A DNA stretch of 64,000 nt, from the NCBI RefSeq assembly GCF_006345805.1, contig NC_043000.1, forward strand, positions 137,268,001-137,332,000, in the 5' to 3' direction. The notes below the pieces were generated by a model. It saw only the letters and a list, made by a program, of their open reading frames with translations, was not told the DNA's origin and made no database searches. This document shows positions 1 through 10,627 of this stretch, in pieces. Within the stretch, counting starts at the first letter, position 1. Each line of letters starts with the position of its first letter. A program made the translations under genes and the position numbers. This stretch comes from Octopus sinensis (Eukaryota).

Positions 1-383
1 GTTTAGCGCATAAAAACCAGGGATACAGTAAAAATTAATACACAAATTTAAGAGAGTGTCCACTATGTCGTCGACTCTTGCGCTAAAAATAGATCCGCTA
101 TGGTCTCAACGACCAAGAATTGTTTCCAAGGAGAATTAGCACAACTATGAACGTAAACGAGCAGGACAAATGAAAAATAACAAAAATGTAGATTAATTCT
201 AGTCAATTGTTTCGCTATTAATGGATTATGCAATTTCACTTACATAATATATCTGTATCTCTTCAGTAGAATTTGTCTTGAATACAATTTACTGAACCCC
301 ACGCCAGATTTTAACATAACGTCAAACACACGTGTGGTTCAGTCAATTATATTCGCAGTATCCCTGGTTTTTATGCGCTAAAC
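1..383. repeat. 26-bp perfect inverted repeat pair (1-26 and 358-383); the left arm may extend beyond the window edge
   Basis: gtttagcgcataaaaaccagggatac at 1-26 is the exact reverse complement of gtatccctggtttttatgcgctaaac at 358-383. Confidence 0.9.
195..273 (-). ncRNA. Type I hammerhead ribozyme motif with a mutated cleavage triplet (GAC instead of GUC); probably inactive
   Basis: Minus strand: stem I AATTCTA, CTGAAGA, G..long imperfect stem II (ATTATGTAA/TTGCATAAT)..C, GAAA, C-AATT-G (palindromic stem III), AC, TAGAATT (7-bp stem I partner). Confidence 0.7.
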
Positions 384-497
384 CACTTGGTATTAAATTG
401 ATGATATTATTAAATTAATATGCAATTTTTTCACCCTTATTTTTGATTTTAATTATACTGCAGTAATTTTTTATGCAGTATTTGTTTCCGGAGATTT

Positions 498-730
498 TGG
501 CGCGCTATAACGAGGGCATTCGAATCATAACATATGTCGGACAAATTGGAATTGGCATGAGAGCAGAGCAGGTCCAAAAAAGTTGCTCTATTGGGGAGAG
601 CTAGGATTTTGAGATTGCTGCTTAGTTGCTAAGTGTCTACCACGATAGGTTTACGTCCAGATATCGAAACTTATAATTTGCAGGGAGAGACCCTATGCCA
701 CCCCAGACAACAGGTTGGTATCCGTTCTCA
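498..730 (+). mobile_element. 3' end fragment of an R4/Dong-like (RLE-type) non-LTR retrotransposon, frameshifted
   Basis: 533-632 reads YVGQIGIGMRAEQVQK/VALLGRARILRLLLSC*, matching the typical C-terminus of RLE-clade ORFs (QKxALLGTARILRxVL*), followed by putative 3' UTR. Confidence 0.6.
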
Positions 731-1039
731 CAGAATCAACCAAAGCCAGTAAGACTGAGATCTCTGAGAAGTAAAATAATAGTAATACCCGAAAGATTGA
801 AAAACAATGATATCCACGACAGATTTTAAGCTCAGGACATAAAGATTCGGAGGAAATATTTCAAGTAATTTTTTCGATGATGTAATGATTCTGCCGGTTG
901 GCCGCCCTGAATAATTTCTAGGAGAACCAAAAGCCAGAAATTTGTAAAGAAAATGTTTTGTCCATGAACTCAAATCAGATACTTTAATCTGGATGGAAGA
1001 GAAACAAAGTGATCCAGAAGATATGAACTTAGAACTTAG

Positions 1040-1400
1040 AACCGCATATGTTTCGGTCATTGTCCATTCTCTTCTGCGACATAGAGTCTTTGCTGAGCTT
1101 GCCAAAGGAGCAATGTATGAATCATTCAATGACTCTACATTCTTGTAGATTTCAATTATTTAGAATTTGAATAATTTTATAGAGATCATCCACATAAAAA
1201 GCTTTGCTAAGAGCAGAAACAATTCGCGTTCCAAACTTTAAGAAAAGAAGTCTAGATGCTGTTTAACAGTTCAATGGCTCAATTATGCGTTACTCTGCGA
1301 TGTGATCTCTAATTTATGCATTGCTCAGCCGATAAGTAAACATTGGTACAACTTTCATTGTATACATGCCAAGAGTTAACAAGATAATATGAAAAGAATG
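1040..1400 (-). mobile_element. Highly decayed retroelement, probably the GIY-YIG end of a Penelope-like element
   Basis: Broken minus frames give GMYTM..CTNVY and IEIYKNVESLNDSYIAPL, followed by an HHR-like relic CAGAAGA...GAAAC-ATAT-G near 1044-1080. Confidence 0.3.
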
Positions 1401-1426
1401 TATATTGTATTTAATACATATAACAT

Positions 1427-1652
1427 TATTTCTTTACTGCCCACAAGGAGCTAAACATAGAGGGGACAAACAAGAACAGACAAACGGATTAAGTCAATTA
1501 TATCGATCCCAGTGCGTAACTGGTACTTTATTTATCGACCCTGAAAGGATGAAAGGCAAAGTCGACCTCGACCTGAATTTGAACTCAGAACGTAACGGCA
1601 GACATAACAGCATTTCGCCCGGCGTGCTAACGCTTCTGCCAGCTCGCCGCCT
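1427..1652 (-). mobile_element. tRNA-derived SINE, type A (head GGCGGCGAGCTGGCAGAA), with 17-bp TSD
   Basis: Matches the copies at 12911, 33538, 48466, 50767, 53041 and 54903; TSD tttaatacatataacat at 1410-1426 and 1653-1669. Confidence 0.9.
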
Positions 1653-2879
1653 TTTAATACATATAACATATGAAGATATAATCATGATTGATGTGATTCT
1701 TTTTCTCTATCTCTCACGCCTGGAGTTTGACGATATGAACAATCTTAGGGAATGCTGTGATATGCATGCGAATTCTCGGTCACTGTGACTCTGGTTGCAA
1801 TTCGTTTTTTTTTACTCAACTACTCATTTTATCCCCATGATATTATCAAACATCTACCACCATAAAATACAGTTCGAAAAGTTTTCGCGACTGTATCAAT
1901 TTCGATACTTTAGTCTTGTATATTATCGTAATGTACAATATTGCTAAGCATCATATATTTTTTTTTTGTGTCGTCCTAAATAATTAGGTATAGTAGCCGT
2001 TGGAAAATTGTGTGAGAAAAATAACTTTCTACTTGATTATGAAAACTAACCTGCCTGGCTTTTTAAGTAATCATCAATTGCCAATTGTTCTTAAGCTAAT
2101 TACTCTCCATAGCTTGTTTCAGAAAATACTTATTTGGTATATTTATTATTTTTAGCATGTCGTTGATGAGTAGTCACCCCGTTTTTTTTATTTGGATATA
2201 TTTATTTATTTTTCCATTTTTTTTTTCAATTTTCTCACACTATATTAAACTTCTCATATTTTCTTGCTGTTTCTTGATTGCTATCACATAACATCTTGTA
2301 GATTTCTAATTTTCCATGTTCTTTTAGTCTCCGTTGTAATTTCTTACGTTTCTGAGTATTTGTGTTAATGCAATATATTTACATTTATATTTGTATATGT
2401 TTTATTACTTTGCTCACTGTATAAAGCTTCTATAAAACATGAAATAGCATCCATAAAATATTATGTAGATGCTATTCTAAACATTCTAAAAAAATTATAA
2501 ATTAAAAGTCTCCTAGACTTTACGTCTGTGTTTCACTTAAATTGTATGGAAACAGTTCAACATAACGGTGAAATGTATTAAATAGCATGCTCTGAAACAC
2601 AACCCTATCTGCCTAATATAACTTCCTTACATTTCTCTGTTTTAGAACCCTGAAACCTGGAGAATGTTGTTACTTATTTTATCGAAATTTTGAGCCATTC
2701 ACAAAAGGGACACAATTCACAAAGCTCAGCGTAAGAGTGAGAAAGAAAAGTGAAAAGAATATGACAGAAAGTAAAAGAATGAAAGGGAGAGAAAGAGAGA
2801 GAGAAGAGAGAGAGAGAGAAGAGAGAAAGAGAGTTCTATGTAGTTGGCATCAGCTAGTTTGAAGAAGGAGAGGAAGAAA

Positions 2880-2911
<32 letters not shown>

Positions 2912-3062
2912 GAAGAAGAATGCGGGAGTGGTATAACAGTAGCAGGATATTAATGGAATCCTCTTAAATGGTCAAGTGACCTAAAAGTGATTGGAATTGT
3001 TCTGAATAAATTCATGTGAAGTGACTGTTTTGAATATATCGTTTTTAATATTTGCGTGGGTG

Positions 3063-3518
3063 TTATTCTAAGGTTCTGGTGATAGTGTCATTTGTGGTGG
3101 ATGCATTCAAAAGGGGTTCATATTTTGTGATAAAGTGTGACTCTTCACTGATGAGCTGACTACAATTTGTATCGTCTCTGAATTGATAGAGGGGAAAAAT
3201 TCTGAAGCTGAGTTGTTTGTTATTGGCGCAAATGTCGAAGTGTTTGCCGAATGCTATTTTTCTGTTTTTCGGAATTTTGATCTGGGATCTGTGCAGAGCC
3301 ATCCTTTGACGGAGACTGTTTTTGCTTTGGCCTATGTATTGCTCTTGACACACCGTGCAGGTTAATACATATATCAGGTTGTCCGAAGTACATGTGAAGT
3401 TGCTTTTCACCATGAAAAGTTGATCTTGTTTGAAAGAGAACACTGATTCCTCAATTAGCTTGACGCATATACCCTTGCATTTGAAAACTATGGAAATATT
3501 TAAAAAAAAACATTTCAT
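3063..3518 (-). mobile_element. GIY-YIG endonuclease domain of a Penelope-like element (fragment; no RT seen)
   Basis: FTCTSDNLIYVLTCTVCQEQYIGQSKNSLRQRMALH...EESHFITKYEPLLN is a classic PLE GIY-YIG signature. Confidence 0.85.
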
Positions 3519-3959
3519 TTAATTTTTCCACGATTTAATTGTTTTTCATGCTTTACTCTAATTTGAAAAAGTCACAAAGACTGAAAACGGTACTAAAATG
3601 TTCTTCATGATAAAATTATTTTAGCATTTTCTACCTTGTCTTATTTTCCTTAGATCGCTAGCCACTACACATTCTTTATTTCCTCTCTTTGTTTCTTTCT
3701 GTGTCAACTCCATAGTATCATGACTGCACATGTGTATTGCACTGGTGATCTGTCACCAGGAAAGGTATGGCTCAAAAACGAATTTTTACTCTAGAAGTGA
3801 AATTTTGCCACAAAGTTATTTCCTTAACTACTGAAACTCAATTGGTGTTACTGAAGTAGTTTGTGGCTCATTAGGAAGTGTTGGAAGTTGCCTTCGATAC
3901 ATGAAGGTGTGTCCTAGATGCCATGCATTGCTAGTGCTGTGTACGAAGTAATTCCCAGA

Positions 3960-4894
3960 AATCCATGGACGGGAATAAATGTTACAGTGTATCAACTTGC
4001 CCCAGGAATGTAACAATTTACCCCTTCTACTTCAGTTTAACATGACATGCCTAGAAATTACAACAGGAAGACTACAAGGTGGATACCCCCCTGATGCCAT
4101 GGAAAGAGCTGCCAGAAAAGTTGTGGATGAAAAAAAATCATTAAGAGATTTTGCCGTAAAACAGCGCATAGAGGATGAAATAAACGAACGGAAATCCAAC
4201 CCAAAGAAGGCAACAGGTACAGAAAAGGCAACGAAGGAGAAGAGAAGTCAACTAAAACAGATAAAGGCAAAGGGAAGCAGCCTCGCAGCAAGCAAGTCGC
4301 CGATTAGAAATGCTTTGTCTGCTCAGATTGGTATTCCAACTCCCTTCTAGGTGAAGAATGGGTGCAATGCATGATCTGTAAAGACTGGGCACACACTGGC
4401 TGTAACGATGGACGACATGACTTTCTGTGTGATTTGTGTGGTGAGAAGATAATGGAGGATGATTCCAACTAAATGGCACATGTAACAATGGGAAATTCGC
4501 TGATGAGGACTCTCAGTATCACAGTTAGGTTATGAGGTGGCTCAAAGCACAGTTAATTAATTAAAATAATACTTCATAGAGGCAAGAAGCAGGAGACGTA
4601 TTCATTTGAAACTTGTTTGTTAACATAATTCCGATTTATCGACAGTTGTAACAAAATACCCCAGTAAGTGTCACAACGTACCCCGCACTCGGGGAAAATT
4701 ATTACAGCTGAAACCACCTCATTAATTAGAACCTGTCTAATTAATGTTACGTAATTTCTGTTTTTTGCTGGTGATAACAATAAATAGAGATGTTTTACTA
4801 ATTAAATCTGAAAAGAAACTTCAGCTGTGTTCATTTATGTGGGTACAAAGGCAATAAAATGAAAATGTGTAACAACTAGACCAGGTCGCCCCTG
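3960..4894 (+). mobile_element. Internally deleted pogo-like (Tc1/mariner superfamily) DNA transposon retaining an N-terminal HTH-psq-like start and a C-terminal PHD-like finger
   Basis: GGYPPDAMERAARKVVDEKKSLRD is HTH-psq-like; 4311-4472 reads CFVCSDWYSNSLLGEEWVQCMICKDWAHTGCNDGRHDFLCDLC. The right end ...ggtcgcccctg is followed by TA (4895-4896); subterminal gtaacaa/cccc repeats; 4531-4894 recurs inverted at 13744-14109. Left end not located. Confidence 0.75.
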
Positions 4895-5232
4895 TACGTT
4901 CCATAGGAATTACTAGATATAAGGATAAGGCACAAACACTACTTGCGATGCAAAATAGGCACCAACATATGACACGTATATGAGCGAAATTCAATTACAC
5001 ACACACACACATAACATCCCAGGATCCATGTGTAGGAAGAAAGTTAGTTTCAAGCAATCCGTAGTAAATATAACAAAATCAGCTTTCAGATTTATTAAGA
5101 GGGATATTTTCGTATCAAAGAACAATAAACTGTAAAAAGTTCATTTTATAATCCACAATACGCAACCAGGTTTGTCGGGTGTGCGAATAAGAATACAAGA
5201 GTTACAGAATGGAGTAGGAAAAATTCGAGCTA

Positions 5233-5446
5233 CATATGTTTCATAGCGAGCGTAACCTCAGAAGTGGTAAAATCCAAGTGAGGTGTATACTGCCGACTAC
5301 TGTTCATGCCAAGTATATCTTCATTAGATTAAAGGTTACATTGTCGCAAAGTGGTACATGTAGACTCAAGGAAGTTTCAATCAAAATCTGATACACTACA
5401 CTTGGATTTTACCACTTCTGAGGTTCTCCTCGCTACGAAATATATG
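5233..5446. mobile_element. Fold-back/MITE-like element with about 56-bp inverted arms
   Basis: 5233-5288 vs reverse complement of 5391-5446 share the core aacctcagaagtggtaaaatccaagtg exactly; spacer about 100 bp. Confidence 0.7.
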
Positions 5447-5481
5447 CAACCCGGATCGTTCCTACTTCATTCCATAACTCT

Positions 5482-5540
<59 letters not shown>

Positions 5541-5906
5541 TTATATCATATAGAGGGCATTATTACACATAAATGCCACACGCTAGGAGGGACTCTTAAA
5601 GTCAAAACTACTAAAATAAATAAACATATCGTACTCGAAGTAAGTCATTTAAAAACAGAATTCAGCTGCAAATCACCTGTGATTTCGTAATCAGTGCAGT
5701 GGTCTGTACTCTTTACTCATCAGTGCAAGCATAATTCAAGATTTATAATGAATGAAGAAAAATCAACATACCAGACGAACATATTATTACTGCATAATAT
5801 AAATAAATATATTGAAGTGAAAAAATTGGTGGATTTTTTCTCATATGGGGTTTTTCACGTTAACTACTTGATAAATTCTTATGAAGATTTTATCCTATTT
5901 TTAAAT
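5541..5906 (-). mobile_element. (TA)n-flanked non-coding element carrying a hammerhead ribozyme
   Basis: Bounded by TA tracts on both sides; termini resemble those at 358-440, 38462-38701 and 58085-58606; contains the HHR at 5665-5730. Confidence 0.6.
5665..5730 (-). ncRNA. Type I hammerhead ribozyme with a complete catalytic core
   Basis: Minus strand: GCTTGCA, CTGATGA, GTAAAGAGTACAG-ACCA-CTGCACTGATTAC (stem II, G-C closing pair), GAAA, TCAC-AG-GTGA, T, T (AUU triplet), TGCAGC (stem I). Confidence 0.8.
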
Positions 5907-6893
5907 TATATATATATATATATATGAAGTGTGTATTGCAGGTCAGAAAAACATTGGTCTTGAAACAAAACCTGTAAAATCCTCATATCTCATAGTGGTC
6001 ACAACGTCGTGTAATGTTATGTGTACAAAATGTTTTTCAATGCACACTCTTCATAGGTAAATATTAATTGCAGTTTACTTAAATTTTTGTTTCTGCTCTC
6101 TCTTACGTTATTTTTTATCTGTGAGAATACTTCGCACAACGGTATAATGTGAAGTTAAAAAAAGATTGTCGCAATACGCGACATTAAAGGAAAAAAATAA
6201 ATTAAAAAGAAATATCTTTTGTTCACGTTCTCAAAACATTACCGTGTTGTTCTTTTCTTCTCGAATTTTCTTTTTTATCATTAATTTTGATTTTGTCTGA
6301 AGTCTTATATCCTATTACATTGTTTCTTGTGGAATTAGCTTTTGTTGAAGAAGTTTTAAAATCTAAAGAGAATATTATATTTCGGTAGTGTCTGTTTTAC
6401 CGACAGTAAATATGGTGGCAATGAAGCAGTGACATGTGACTTGTTTCAGAAAAAAAAAGATGACAGATAATGAAAAACAAGAGCAAAAAAAGAAAAGAGA
6501 CAAAAAACATCATATGGATTTAGAATATATATAATACAAAGAAAAATTCGTTGGGTTTAAAGAATTGTCGGCTTTCAAATTTAGCAAGCGAAGTAAAGAG
6601 TACACATTCCATTGTCTTTAGATACAAACAACTGACTAATTCTCACAACTTATTCATTTTAAACACTAATGATATAGACGTAAATATCAATTGTTCTAAA
6701 TATTTGCAGTCATTAGTATACACCAAAATGTGCAGCAACACGTATTTAGCATGTTTCATTATAGAACTTTGTTAAGAAAATTAAGGACAATTTCAGTGAA
6801 ATAGCTATTTCTTTGAAACAAAACTGAGAGAGGAATACTTGTATTACTTGCATTTAAATCAACTCAGATTAAATATATCCATTTATTTTACAT

Positions 6894-6977
6894 TTACATT
6901 ATACAGCGGTGGTGCCGCAGCATGGCCGCGGCCTTCGGGCTAAAACATTTTTAAGGATTTAAGGATTTATTTTAGAC
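6894..6977 (+). mobile_element. Extremely 5'-truncated retroposon 3' end with a (TAAGGATT)n tail and 34-bp flanking direct repeat
   Basis: ggtggtgccgcagcatggccgcgg resembles the SINE-B 3' motif ggcggtgctccagcatggccgcag; flanks 6860-6893 and 6978-7011 differ at 2 positions. Confidence 0.65.
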
Positions 6978-8112
6978 CAACTTAGATTAAACATATCCAT
7001 TTATTTTACATAATTCAAGATTTAGGTATACAGAATTAAGTATTAGGTTGAGAGAGTCAGCAAACTATTTGCAAAACTATTAAAAGATACATATAGAAAG
7101 CAGATGTGTATCAGATCTAAACATTAACAGCATTTTGAATAGTGCTATTTATTATTATTCTGGTTTATGATAATAATGGTATGTTCAAAAATTTAAAGCG
7201 CCTTCTAAGTTCTGAGTGTCACCTTAATCCAACTACGCATAATAAAACAGATACTTCTGTTACACTGGAACCAATGTGATCAACAATTGCAACAGTGTGA
7301 AATAACATTACTCAGATGTATTCAACCAAAAACAACCGTATACTGTAACTTTAGTAACATCGACAATTATTATGTCGATCTCGAAGAGATGGCAAGTCAA
7401 GAAGACTTTAAAGTTACGTTGCTATTATATACCATACGAAATTTAGTCCCACTACCCTGCAGATTCGCTTTCATTCACATGCTGAAAATTACACCGTAAT
7501 GTTGAAAATAACTTTAAACAAGATTCCCGTACTTCTCCTGTGAACAAGGTCTGCAGAAGGAATTGCAATCAATAACATAAGGACCAAATCTAATCGTTAT
7601 ACGAAAGAAATCGCTAATTCTGGGTATACGTGATAGCGTTAATACGTTCGATATTTATCGACTGCGTTGCAGAAAAGCAGAGTATTAGATCAAATGTTGT
7701 ACAACGCTTTGTTTAACATTCACAGTTAAGATAAACCCCTTGCGTATGCCGTTTGTTATCCTGGGATCAATAAAATAAATGTCATATGCAAGACTGACTA
7801 AATGGATTATACACTTCTTCACTCATCGTCAAACTCGTGATTTTATGCTAATATAAGCAATCACTATTAGTAGAAGATATTGTAAACATTAAACTAAAAA
7901 TGTTAATTAAAGATGTAGGAAAAATTCTCGGCAATTTAAGACCGCGATTCGATTTCGATTTCTAATTGTATCCACTTCATTCAGTAAATGTAACCTGTCG
8001 TCGTCTCGTTCAATGTCAATAAAGCTGAACATCCACTAATAGATATCTTCGATTACGAAACGCTGAGCAACTAAATGTTCAGCGCACTTAAATTCGAAAC
8101 ATCGATAGACAA

Positions 8113-8255
8113 AGCATAGTTGAATGGTTAAGAAGCGCACCTCTGAATTACAAGATTGAGGATTCAACTTCACTGCATGGCATCTTGGACAAATGCCTTT
8201 TTACTATGCCTTTGAGTCGACCCATGCAATACGGGTGAATTTAGGTTGACAAACA
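8113..8255 (+). mobile_element. Old, diverged SINE type B head
   Basis: tggttaagaagc...ggattcaacttcactgcatggcatcttggacaaatgcctt aligns by eye with the 49374 copy. Confidence 0.5.
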
Positions 8256-10029
8256 TTTCTCCAATTATGTATTTTTACCAATTATGTATTTTTACCAAAA
8301 GAACAATTTTGATTGGCAGGAGAAGAAACAGCCCGAAGCAAGGTGTAAGTGCCCTAAGTCTGGCCAAGATCGTAGAAGAGATTGCAATCAGTAACGTCAG
8401 TATTGACATTGGTATACATATAAGAAAGGCACTAATTTTGTGTGCTTGTGTTAGTTTAAAAGGGTCGCATATTTATCCGAAAATGGTAAACAACATGGAA
8501 TAAATTCTTTGCTGTTGTTAAAGAGGAATGGATATTGTTTAAATATTCGGAGATACAAAAATAAATCAAAAGTAGATAAATTTATTCCGGGACGCTACAG
8601 TTCTTTAACATCTGCAAAACCTCATCATTAAATCAAAATAGTCAAGGGGAACTTTTCAATCGCATTTATAAATCATATTGATGCATTTTATTCCTTTGGC
8701 TACTTATTTAAGTTCATCGAGATATTTGTTCAATTATTTCTAGGATTTTCTTGGTAGATGATTAAATCATTTAACTACAAACTAAATAACGTGTTTTCTG
8801 AAATACTCATCGATCTCACACATACACACACCAAAAAAACATTTGATGTCATTTACCTGTTGATCTGATAGAGATTAGATTTATCAGATCGAATTAATGT
8901 ATATAGAATTTACCGAATATAAGCTAATATTCCCTGACCACTAGAATTAGGTAGTTGAGAGTTAAACGAAATTCGCCAACGTACAAAATTGCCAGCAATT
9001 GAAAACTTTCATAAGTTCTTTTCACCGATCGATATCACAAACAGGTATTTTTTTATATTTACTTATTTATTTCTCCTACCACAGAATTAATTCCCTTAAG
9101 ATATTAAAATCAGAGATCTTTACAAATTGCTCTCAAGAAAAAAGGGGGAAAAAACTAACAAATCTGTATGTTGTGTAGGTGAGATGAATAATCACAGAAT
9201 TTAAAAATCTATTTAGAAATAGTTAATAGCATTTAGATAAATCCTATAAGATGTTCCGAAACACATTAAAAATTGAAGAAAATAACGTATAGTAAGCCAG
9301 TTTAAACGTTGATACATACCTATTGTGTAGAAGCACGAGTTTAAATTTCTGACTTTTGGTGACATTTTGATAAATTGCGTTTTTCTGATTGATATCTTAT
9401 GCAAGGCAATTGAAATATAATAGACAAAAAATATAATGAATGAAGCAATGCATTAATTCTAACAGGAATAATTATATCTCTGAACATATGATACTGATCA
9501 ACGAAACAGTAGCCTAAGGGAAGATAACTAAATACTGTCCGACGTTAGGTCGATTCCTAAGCAATTCTGTTAAATGAATTTCTTTTAAAGTTGTATTATA
9601 CCAACCTTTATGCAAGAAGGGTGCATCGGATAATGTAGTTTTTAATAAAGAAATGTCTTTCATCATAGGTCTCCTCGATCAAAAACGAGCAATAACAACC
9701 GCAAATAACAACCGTTCACGAGCTGAAAAAGATTGAAATCAAAATTGTGTTGCCGTGTTGCATGAATATCGACATTATAACGACATATTTATGCAAATGA
9801 ATCCGCTGAATTTCAATGGCACTCATAGTACTATAGAGCACAATAACGTTATATTAAGGATAAAAGACAGTGAGAGGAGATGTAGTTCGAGATATTATTT
9901 ATATCACACTGGTTTTTTAGTTGTATTGCTTAAGAGTTTAGCAACTGAGAGTCTGGTAATATTAAAATGGTTGTGAAGCGGCAGCTTTCAATATTTTAAA
10001 GAATAAATATTTGTTTCGACATGCTAAAA

Positions 10030-10180
10030 GTAGATCTAATATGAAGTAGCATGGATAATAAATGAAGCAGTATAGATCTGATATAAAATAGCATAGATCT
10101 GATATCAAGTAGCATGGATCAGATATAAAACAGCATAGACCTGATGTGACGTAGTATAGATTTAATATGAAGCTGCATAA
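10030..10180. repeat. 21-bp minisatellite, about 7 diverged units (ATAGATCTGATATAAAATAGC-like)
   Basis: Adjacent units recur at 21-bp period with no spacers. Confidence 0.8.
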
Positions 10181-10325
10181 GTTGAAGTCAAAACGATTTC
10201 AAAAGATGACCTGAGCAAAAATTTCCTATAGAGAGTATGACGTAAAGTTGGGATTGATTATCTTATAATATTTTTGTTGTTGTTGCTGTTTGTTACTTAA
10301 CTTAGCTCAGTCCTGATTGAAGTAG

Positions 10326-10627
10326 TGGAGGCATATGGCCTAGTGGTTAGAGCAGCGGACTCACAGTCGAGGGATCGCAGGTTCGAATCTCAGACCGGGC
10401 GATGTGTGTGTTTATGAGCGAAGACACCTAAGCTCCACGCAGCTCCGGTAGAAGGTAATGGCGAAACTTCTGCTGATTCTTTCGCCACAACTTTATCTCA
10501 CTCTTTCCTCCTGCATCTTGCAGCTCACCTGCGACGGATCGGCCCCACCATCCAGGTGGAGAACCTATACGCCAAGTAACCGGGAAATTGGCCTTATGAG
10601 CCAGGCATGGCTCGAGAAGGAACAATT
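10326..10627 (+). mobile_element. tRNA-derived SINE, type C, with 12-bp TSD
   Basis: A box tggcctagtggttag, B box ggttcgaatc; TSD tgattgaagtag at 10314-10325 and 10628-10639. Confidence 0.85.

Noticed and set aside
728-1129. 133-aa minus-strand ORF
   Set aside because: No recognisable domain; it overlaps retroelement debris at both ends.
2938-2975. GGAT/ATCC hairpin downstream of the GIY-YIG ORF at the expected HHR position
   Set aside because: Both core strands are too degenerate (TTTAAGA, TGCTAC) to call.
8591-8628. Minus-strand TGATGAG...GAAC-TGTAGC-GTC hammerhead-like string
   Set aside because: Core has a deletion, and neither stem I nor stem II pairs.
10030-10180. CRISPR-like appearance of regularly spaced repeats
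   Set aside because: Units are contiguous with no unique spacers, there are no cas genes, and the context is eukaryotic.
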